Positions 18,301 through 23,501 of a stretch of DNA of 23,501 nucleotides are shown here, in pieces. The notes under the pieces are model-generated. The model saw nothing but the letters and a program-made list of their open reading frames with translations. It had not been told where the DNA came from and did not search any database. Source of the DNA: Thermoproteota archaeon. Lineage in GTDB: Archaea > Thermoproteota > Thermoprotei > Thermofilales > B9-G17. The translations under genes and the position numbers were made by a program. The DNA lies in assembly GCA_029258885.1 (NCBI GenBank), contig JAPDJW010000008.1:1-23501 (forward strand), in the 5' to 3' direction. How positions within the stretch are numbered: the first letter of the stretch is position 1; every line of letters starts with the position of its first letter.

Positions 18301-18729
18301 GGGAAGGCTGAGGAGCTGGCCAAGGAAGCTTACGATATAGCTATAAAGTCCAAGAAAGCTTGGGATAAGATAGTTAAAGCCGAAAAAAGTATAGAAGATT
18401 CTAGAAGCAACGGTAGAATAGTACTCCTTCCAGTAGCCGAATACTTCCTTAACATAGCCTACTCGGAGTACATGAAGGGCAAGTATGATAGTGCATATAG
18501 CAACGCTGAACGTGCTGAGACATTTGCAATGTACTCTCCCCACTGGGCAGTTGTCTTAGTGATAGTAGTAATAACAGCTGTGATAGTGTATGTTAGGCGA
18601 CGTAGAAAAAAGCTAGAGCCTAGTCCTCCCATTCCTCCTCCTGTATCTCCTCAACTATCTCCTCTCTATCCTCCTCGCTTTCAAGTGACTCGACGTATTC
18701 CTCGGATTCTGCTGGATACTTTACTATAA
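15301..18729 (+). CDS. Membrane-anchored cell-surface protein with an N-terminal HEXXH zinc-metallopeptidase-like domain and five Ig-like repeats
   Basis: GGTGGTGA RBS before ATG 15301; signal peptide ending VNA; AHEFFH at 15727-15744 with a downstream WIVEG (Glu at 15793); repeat region; helical segment; C-terminal TM (WAVVLVIVVITAVIVYV) then RRRRKK; many NxS/T sequons. Confidence 0.85.
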   Translation: MQAYRLVLFMLSLALLVLAVKVNARPNDVILAYNYTSTLQPLQSPVFETEHFRFYYDTNEVSQSYALSVANGLEGAWSVMIDTYGFRAPQSADGLPKIRVEIKDLPSGIAGRTYAVSVNGQWMVSKIEIDTGLSASYIKSTTAHEFFHCVQAAHNVIDENDWIVEGSAVAAEEFTYSDADDYIYWINKFMAAPDADLTSRSYDAALFWVYVWEFTGGAGKMKAIFSALETGNGLPAVKSAYGGDSGFDNMIAEFCETNFFKERYHDGSKYSGISRITATYTGSLIKWSQSVSSYAADYYVIYPRFSNLKITFDGSDYGSFKVKAYLIGDTVTEEDIPLFAGNKGSLEITQADSYSQIMIMIVNTYEAKLNYKLMVGYSKRFTLNPLNNTSIKVNIGSDVKLAFKLTNVGSEGDWIKISAGVSNRNFSFKIYFNGEQVDLPYDIYLNPGEAAIFTVEVDTPFNVSITRLTVTATGSEMSRSIRFIIASTGLLVEALGYKPLVNLGEELNMSIRLVYAHNREPIPEGSVFINGTTYTCDKHGCVNLTLRGRDFETVFLVAYGLSDGEEITYRVNTLNLTVSWTKMGLMNVSYGPLTLNFSTPLTIRFRPYYMHDGTPIRHGVILVNDSRIEFSLANDGYAYVQYLPKLIGRFLVVYTLVLDETGYVTLGEGGNVTVLWTGINISGIIDRTFVNVNDTVTLNVEARWAHNGSLIAPCTIEVLWINRTTYTLNNGTLRISLTNNEPEEVQVRVLGVKAPYNITETIRDFNLKVTWTGFHLILESLNKPVYNRGEEAHIEYRLVYAHNGSPVGEAYVKLNVLNKTIKVVNGRFTLKLKFNDDREIHITPESIEDKYGIRAIVSFSRLAIAWTHMIVSQVVVEPPYPAVNTTVKIRVRIDYAHNSSPVPYAIVSFVNSTGKTDENGWVSFSIQEKDYGSHVYEVKPLIGPYNLTDSSPRLIEVVWVSPLMKSLYSGIASIGQQGYNVTLALRKWSEALAAINQKDVGKAEELAKEAYDIAIKSKKAWDKIVKAEKSIEDSRSNGRIVLLPVAEYFLNIAYSEYMKGKYDSAYSNAERAETFAMYSPHWAVVLVIVVITAVIVYVRRRRKKLEPSPPIPPPVSPQLSPLYPPRFQVTRRIPRILLDTLL
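16768..18183 (+). repeat. Five diverged 93-96 aa protein-level repeats
   Basis: Units at 16768-17046, 17047-17334, 17335-17619, 17620-17904 and 17905-18183. Each has a YAHN-like core (RLVYAHNREPI, RPYYMHDGTPI, EARWAHNGSLI, RLVYAHNGSPV, RIDYAHNSSPV) and ends in xxW[TV]x (VSWTK, VLWTG, VTWTG, IAWTH, VVWVS). Confidence 0.8.
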
Positions 18730-19852
18730 GTACGTCCCCTTTCTTCACCTTGAATGCACTGTAGGGGGGCATTATATGCCACTCATCATTCCTTCTTACA
18801 GCTAGAACCTTTATTCCCTTCTTTTCATATCCTAGCTCATCTATAGTCTTACCTTCATCGTTCTCATCCATCTCTATGACGCTTATTCTTTCGTCGGTCT
18901 CCCAGAATATATCCGTAATCAGTGGGTGGGGCTCAACCCCTCTAACGATTAGCTCGGCTAACTCGGCCGCTGCATCAGCTATCTGTTCGCTCGCAACAGC
19001 TATGTGTATAGCGCATATCTTTTCGTTTATACTTAGGTCGGGGTTTGATATGACGTCATACTCGAATTTCTCGAGCATCCTATCGACGTAGTCCTCGAGT
19101 TCAAGGGTTTTTTCAGCTATATCCTCGCTCCTAGTTATTAAGGCCGTATAGGCTAAATCGACCATGAATTGGGTAATATTCCTGAACTGTAACAGTTCCT
19201 CGCATAGGTTTATCTTAGACTCCTCTACCTCACTATTAGATATCTTCGGCAACCTTTTGCCCAGACTCTCTATAAATACCTTAACGTTCTCAATTAAACC
19301 CCTAACTATGAGGACGTCGCCACAGGAAAGCTTAAAGTCTTCCTGAGGATTGAACAGCCACCTACCAGACCTCCTGACGGCGAGAACCTCAAATACTACG
19401 CCGAGCTTATCAAAGATGTACTCCAGCGTCTTACCGCAGAACTCATGCTTATCCGGCAGAACTATATGTGTAACCACCTCATCCTTATCGTATATATTCA
19501 CTGAGGGAGGGACAAGCCTTGTACCCGAGAAGACTACTCTCGCTATATCAGCCGCTGCATCCGATATTTTGTTTGATGAGGACGCCAGCCTATAAATGCT
19601 TATCATCCTTTCTGCGCCAGATACCCCCCTCACCGCGAGGGATGACTGCAGAATAAGCAGTAGCTCCAGGTAATCCACCCTACGCTCTAGGTTAAATACC
19701 TCTTTAGCCAAGTCCCTATTGTTGTATATTATGGAGTAGTAGGCTAAATCCAGCATTAGTGTCGAGAGATCCTTCATCTCCCTCAATATGTCCTTAACAG
19801 GTATAGGGCGGTATTCGATTTCGGCGAAACTATCTGACAACTTAGCTATCAC
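18620..19852 (-). CDS. Tandem-duplicated PhoU-like + TrkA-C (RCK_C) domain protein
   Basis: Two homologous halves: LMLDLAYYS/FMVDLAYTA, KISDAAADIA/QIADAAAELA and VLAVRRSGRW...GDVLIVR/VLAVRRNDEW...GDVLIVK. Acidic C-terminal tail. The start may be TTG at 19840, since the GTG sits inside a GGTGA RBS. Confidence 0.85.
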   Translation of the reverse strand: MIAKLSDSFAEIEYRPIPVKDILREMKDLSTLMLDLAYYSIIYNNRDLAKEVFNLERRVDYLELLLILQSSLAVRGVSGAERMISIYRLASSSNKISDAAADIARVVFSGTRLVPPSVNIYDKDEVVTHIVLPDKHEFCGKTLEYIFDKLGVVFEVLAVRRSGRWLFNPQEDFKLSCGDVLIVRGLIENVKVFIESLGKRLPKISNSEVEESKINLCEELLQFRNITQFMVDLAYTALITRSEDIAEKTLELEDYVDRMLEKFEYDVISNPDLSINEKICAIHIAVASEQIADAAAELAELIVRGVEPHPLITDIFWETDERISVIEMDENDEGKTIDELGYEKKGIKVLAVRRNDEWHIMPPYSAFKVKKGDVLIVKYPAESEEYVESLESEEDREEIVEEIQEEEWED

Positions 19853-19968
19853 CTAATACCTAAATCCAACTTTAATTATATAAGGTTTTATCAGATAGCG
19901 GGCTTGGTTCAATTAGAAAATAGTCAGTAGTGTGTTTACATCCATATTGAAAATAATCGACTATGCTG

Positions 19969-20934
19969 TTAGGTATACCCCAACTCCCTCGCTATTTCGT
20001 CGAGCGCCCTCATTCTCTTAACCATGTTTGGATGAGTTGAAAACAGCTCGATGAGGTTATCCCAGAAGGTTAATTTCCTCCTCTTAATCCTCTCAACGAG
20101 CGAATATTCACCGTAGTATTCCCTCAGCTGCTCGTAGTCCCTGAGAGCACTGGATGGATCAGCTATAAGTAGGTGTCTAAAACTTGAGTAGCTGTGAACA
20201 TTAACGCCCAAGCTCACTGCTTTGCTCGTGTATGCTACTATCTTGGCTAGCGCCAGCTGAAGCTTCCTAGGACCATCCTCAACTATCAACGCACTGTGTC
20301 TATCCGCATAATACTCCCTCAGCCTACTCAAGCCAAGGACAAATAGGTTCAGTATGAAGGATGCTATAATAGAGAGTATTCCTATTAGAGCTAGCGCGCC
20401 AGCTTCCTCCCTATCGGAACGTATACCGTATACAAATATGTATCCAATGTAGTATAGGAGAGCTGGTAGGAGGGATGCAAGCATCATTATCTGTACGTCC
20501 TTGTGTACTAGATGCCCTATCTCGTGTCCCAGAACAGCCTCTATCTCACCCCTCTTCAACGTATTCAGGAGACCCCTAGTGACAGCTATCCTATTCCCGG
20601 TTAATGGGGAGCCATAGGCGAATGCATTGGGTATATCTATTTCAGCTATCATAACCTTAGGCTTACTTATACCGCTCTTAGCGGATAATCTCTCAACCAT
20701 CTCGTGGAGCCAGCCATAAGCTAGCGGCGAGGCCTCCCTAACTCCATATAATGCCTCAATAATGTAGGGTGCCGTCAGCCACTGAATTAAGTTAACTAGT
20801 ATAATCATGGCCATTATAGCTAGGATATTTGTTATTCCTGCAAGCAACATTATTGCGGCTACTATCAACGTGGATACTCCAATTATAATTGCTAGGGTAG
20901 TATACATTGCAAACTTGAGCTTCAATACACCCAT
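19969..20934 (-). CDS. htpX: Zinc metalloprotease HtpX (M48)
   Basis: TM segments, PNAFAYG, IAVTRGLL, AVLGHEIGH, SRLREYYAD and FSTHPNMVKR. Confidence 0.95.
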   Translation of the reverse strand: MGVLKLKFAMYTTLAIIIGVSTLIVAAIMLLAGITNILAIMAMIILVNLIQWLTAPYIIEALYGVREASPLAYGWLHEMVERLSAKSGISKPKVMIAEIDIPNAFAYGSPLTGNRIAVTRGLLNTLKRGEIEAVLGHEIGHLVHKDVQIMMLASLLPALLYYIGYIFVYGIRSDREEAGALALIGILSIIASFILNLFVLGLSRLREYYADRHSALIVEDGPRKLQLALAKIVAYTSKAVSLGVNVHSYSSFRHLLIADPSSALRDYEQLREYYGEYSLVERIKRRKLTFWDNLIELFSTHPNMVKRMRALDEIARELGYT

Positions 20935-20996
20935 ATCTGATACACCGGGACAAGTCCCCTAAATTATTATTGTCAGCGTAGTATCTAAATCTTTCT

Positions 20997-21311
20997 TTAT
21001 TTTATCTCAAAGATCTCCTGCTCAGATACTCTTATTAAAGCAATATTGACAGTCTTTGGATCGGTTGATGGGATATCCGAAACCTTATATGTTGAATTAA
21101 ACCTATCGTAGACAATATAGTTTCCCCTAGGCTCTTCATCTATTTCAACGTATGGTACTAGCAGGTTTCCTCCGACACCGTAAATTACCAGATATATGTG
21201 TTTACCGTTCCTCTTTAGAGTATATATCACCGGATGGCCGAGGTTGCATGTAAGCCTCAGTAGATCGTCAATAGACTTCAACTTTATCTTAAAGGTTTTA
21301 GGCATACCCAT
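20997..21311 (-). CDS. Conserved hypothetical protein, crenarchaeal-type small protein
   Basis: 104 aa with IKLKSIDDLLRL...GKHIY...NYIVY...NIALIRV, resembling a Thermoproteota-restricted family I recall. TTTATAA TATA-like element upstream. Confidence 0.65.
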   Translation of the reverse strand: MGMPKTFKIKLKSIDDLLRLTCNLGHPVIYTLKRNGKHIYLVIYGVGGNLLVPYVEIDEEPRGNYIVYDRFNSTYKVSDIPSTDPKTVNIALIRVSEQEIFEIK

Positions 21312-21443
21312 CGTTAATTATCAGTAGCTTATCCCTTATAAACTTGAGCTAAAGCTTAAGATAATTACCCATAGTCTTTTAATATAAAAAATTGTTAAAA
21401 GTAAACAATGAAAATATAAGGGAGCATTTACAAACCAAACATA

Positions 21444-21611
21444 ATGCCTGAAAAAATTTTATGTCATAGATGTTCCTTCATACTGTATCAGGGCAGGGAG
21501 CCCGTGCTCCCGGGCGATGTCGTTAAAAAATACGATCGATGCCCGAGGTGTTTAACCAAGCTATCCAGAAAACCCATTAAGGTTCTAATAGAAATTAGAG
21601 GCAAGAAGTAG
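21444..21611 (+). CDS. Small zinc-finger protein (55 aa), below the ORF-track cutoff
   Basis: MPEKILCHRCSFILYQGREPVLPGDVVKKYDRCPRCLTKLSRKPIKVLIEIRGKK*. Two CxxC pairs, and it fills an otherwise empty 360-bp gap. Confidence 0.8.
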   Translation: MPEKILCHRCSFILYQGREPVLPGDVVKKYDRCPRCLTKLSRKPIKVLIEIRGKK

Positions 21612-21620
21612 CTCCTAAGC

Positions 21621-21642
21621 AAATAAATAAATTTATTTATTT
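21621..21642. promoter_or_regulatory. Perfect 22-bp AT palindrome AAATAAATAAA/TTTATTTATTT
   Basis: Lies between the zinc-finger stop and the radical SAM start and is followed by a T-rich tract. Could be a terminator, a promoter or an operator. Confidence 0.35.
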
Positions 21643-21675
21643 CTTATTTCATCCGAAAAGTAGATGGTGTACTAA

Positions 21676-22629
21676 TTGGCTAAGTACGTATTCGGCCCTG
21701 TCCCATCTAGGAGGCTTGGAAAATCTCTAGGCATTAATAATATTCCAGGCAAGGTCTGCACATACTCCTGTATCTACTGCCAAGCAGGAAGAACCGTCAA
21801 CCTAACGGTTACCAGGAAAAGCTTCTATGATCCGCAGAAAGTAGCTGATGAAGTAGTTGAGAAGTGTCTCGAAATAGGATTCGGAAAAATCGACTATATC
21901 ACCTTTGTTCCAAACGGCGAACCTACATTGGACGTGAATCTAGGGAAAATAGTGGATAGAGTAAGGAGTAGGGTAGATGTTAAGCTAGCGATACTAACCA
22001 ACGGATCGCTTATCTGGATGAGCGATGTAGCCGACGACCTAATGCTGTTTGACTTGGTTTCAGTTAAGCTTGACTCGGGGCTAGAGGATATCTGGAGGAG
22101 GATAAATAGGCCCCATCCTAGGCTCAGCTTCAGCAACATTATAGACGGAATACTGGAATTCTCTAAGACATACAGCGGTAAATTAATTACCGAAACAATG
22201 CTCGTAAAGGAGGTAAACGACAGCCTAGAGAACGCTAGGGCAATAGCCGAAATATTATCCAAGCTAGGACCCAATAAAGCATATATTTCCGTACCCATAA
22301 GACCTCCATCCGAAAAATGGGTTAAACCACCGGATGAGAAAGCTATAGCAATGTTTTACCACGAATTCTCGAGGAAGCTAGGCGAAGATAGGGTTGAAAC
22401 CCTAACGGGCTACGAAACGGACGAGTTCATAGTGGAGGAGGATCCCAGGGAATATATAGCAAAGCTGACTAGAGTACATCCTCTCAGACTCGACTACGCC
22501 GAGGAGATCCTGCGGAGGAAAGGAATAAACCTAGACGAAATACTAGCCGAACTCGAAAACAGGTATGGAGTAGTTATCGTCGAATACTTAGGCTACAGGT
22601 TTCTGGTTAAGAGGCTGAGGCGGGAATAG
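21676..22629 (+). CDS. Radical SAM Fe-S oxidoreductase (Tyw1-related/COG0731-like)
   Basis: YVFGPVPSRRLGKSLGIN, CTYSCIYC (CxxxCxxC), TFVPNGEPTL, ILTNGS, SVKLD and TETMLV. TTG start after a GGTG RBS. Confidence 0.88.
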   Translation: MAKYVFGPVPSRRLGKSLGINNIPGKVCTYSCIYCQAGRTVNLTVTRKSFYDPQKVADEVVEKCLEIGFGKIDYITFVPNGEPTLDVNLGKIVDRVRSRVDVKLAILTNGSLIWMSDVADDLMLFDLVSVKLDSGLEDIWRRINRPHPRLSFSNIIDGILEFSKTYSGKLITETMLVKEVNDSLENARAIAEILSKLGPNKAYISVPIRPPSEKWVKPPDEKAIAMFYHEFSRKLGEDRVETLTGYETDEFIVEEDPREYIAKLTRVHPLRLDYAEEILRRKGINLDEILAELENRYGVVIVEYLGYRFLVKRLRRE

Positions 22630-22642
22630 GCAGGCGATATAT

Positions 22643-23167
22643 ATGGATACCTTTACGCATTCAATGTGTGGCCTAATATCCTACTATATTGATGAAAACA
22701 TCGGGAGAAAAAGAATACTTGAAGCTTTAATCTACATTATAGCTGCAAACATTCCAGACATAGACCACACCTACGTTTTAAATAGAATTGGATTAAACCT
22801 ACCAAACTATGCTAGAACATGGGGGCACTCAATCATAGGCCTAACAATCTTCACATTACTGTTACTGGTAATATCACGTAAAATATACGGTAAAGCAATG
22901 CCTACCCTACTAGTCCAGCCAACCTTACACGTACTAATCTTAGACGAGCTATCAACGGGCCCAATATACCTTCTATGGCCTTTCAACGAAAACAACTATA
23001 CCTACAAGGATTATCTGCTTAAGACAATAAGCACATCACTTAAGAACTTCAGCTTCAACTACACCTGCAAGGAAATAGCTCCATCAATTCATGCATTTTC
23101 AGTAATCCTATACATTACAATTATATTAACACTATCACGAATACAGAGGAAAATAGCCTCAAAGTAG
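22643..23167 (+). CDS. Membrane-bound metal-dependent hydrolase (YdjM-like)
   Basis: MDTFTH...ANIPDID...RTWGHS...HVLILD...IYLLWP, with hydrophobic segments between the His/Asp motifs. Confidence 0.8.
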   Translation: MDTFTHSMCGLISYYIDENIGRKRILEALIYIIAANIPDIDHTYVLNRIGLNLPNYARTWGHSIIGLTIFTLLLLVISRKIYGKAMPTLLVQPTLHVLILDELSTGPIYLLWPFNENNYTYKDYLLKTISTSLKNFSFNYTCKEIAPSIHAFSVILYITIILTLSRIQRKIASK

Positions 23168-23374
23168 CCAGCTAAAACAATAGACACCTGACTGCTCTGG
23201 CAGTTGCCAATATTACAGTGAGAATGAAGTACTGTCTATTTTAATATTGACATCCATTAGGTTGAAACAGTATCTAATTTTACATACACTCCCACTGGAA
23301 TTCTGGTCAAGTATTTGAAAGAAAACATATGCAAAATTAAAGTTCCTTAATAATAGGATTTCCTCCGGTATAAC

Positions 23375-23501
23375 GGTGCTGACAACTTTATGCAATATGC
23401 ATCACCTCACATACGAGCCAGCATAATCTAGCAAACTCATCCAGCGGCTTTAAGCCTAAAGGCGGAAAACCTAAGCTTAAATGAGTTCTAACGTAATTGT
23501 A
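23375..23501 (-). mobile_element. Right end of a probable IS6-family insertion sequence (truncated by the window)
   Basis: Transposase-like C-terminus plus a terminus reading inward GGTGCTGACAACTTTA (from 23375), which matches the GGnnnTG start of IS6 inverted repeats. The ORF stop lies inside this putative IR. Confidence 0.6.
23388..23501 (-). CDS. DDE transposase C-terminal fragment
   Basis: Not in the ORF track. Frame open from the edge: YNYVRTHLSLGFPPLGLKPLDEFARLCWLVCEVMHIA*. YNxxRxHxSLG is the characteristic end of integrase-core/DDE transposases. Confidence 0.65.
   Translation of the reverse strand, partial: YNYVRTHLSLGFPPLGLKPLDEFARLCWLVCEVMHIA

Noticed and set aside
17655-19595. Short ORFs antisense to the surface protein and the PhoU/TrkA-C gene
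   Set aside because: Shadows of long, motif-supported genes on the opposite strand.
21894-22995. Minus-strand ORFs 21894-22298 and 22807-22995
   Set aside because: Antisense shadows of the radical SAM and hydrolase genes.
23213-23395. 60-aa ORF with an apparent GAGGTGA RBS
   Set aside because: Its start and RBS lie inside the transposase tail and putative IR, and the peptide has no motif. It is most likely a chance read-out from the IS end, although it could be the tail of an interrupted gene.
1-23501. CRISPR arrays, tRNA or rRNA genes, integrases and proviral genes
   Set aside because: I saw no regularly spaced direct repeats, no GC-rich cloverleaf or T-loop motif in the intergenic gaps, and no recombinase or capsid-like ORF by manual inspection. 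tRNAscan-SE and a CRISPR finder would confirm.

Overview
Archaeal chromosomal segment, probably from a thermophilic Thermoproteota/TACK-type organism. This is inferred from GGTGA ribosome-binding sites, frequent GTG/TTG starts, archaeal-type KptA, XPD and HxlB, and a crenarchaeal-type small protein. Most of it is housekeeping or conserved genes: HD hydrolase (cut by the left edge), geranylgeranyl reductase family, TauE/SafE, ArgRS, HtrA, KptA/Tpt1, Lrp, XPD, HxlB, an NrdG-like activase, a duplicated PhoU/TrkA-C protein, HtpX, a second radical SAM enzyme and a membrane hydrolase. Two intact VapBC-type toxin-antitoxin pairs each have a palindromic operator candidate. Elements not in the ORF track: (i) a canonical box C/D sRNA at 12839-12887 (minus) whose two guides match conserved archaeal 16S rRNA segments as I recall them; (ii) a frameshifted AbrB-type antitoxin remnant next to it; (iii) a 55-aa CxxC/CxxC zinc-finger gene; (iv) the right end of a probable IS6-family element at the right edge. 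The best candidates for uncharacterised biology are the 1,142-aa membrane-anchored HEXXH protease with five ~95-aa repeats, whose Pro-rich tail overlaps the acidic tail of the opposite gene by 110 bp; a coiled-coil/PH-like/zinc-ribbon protein; and a translationally coupled SWIM-finger plus unknown-protein pair. I saw no CRISPR array, tRNA or rRNA. All family calls come from motif recognition only; no searches were run.
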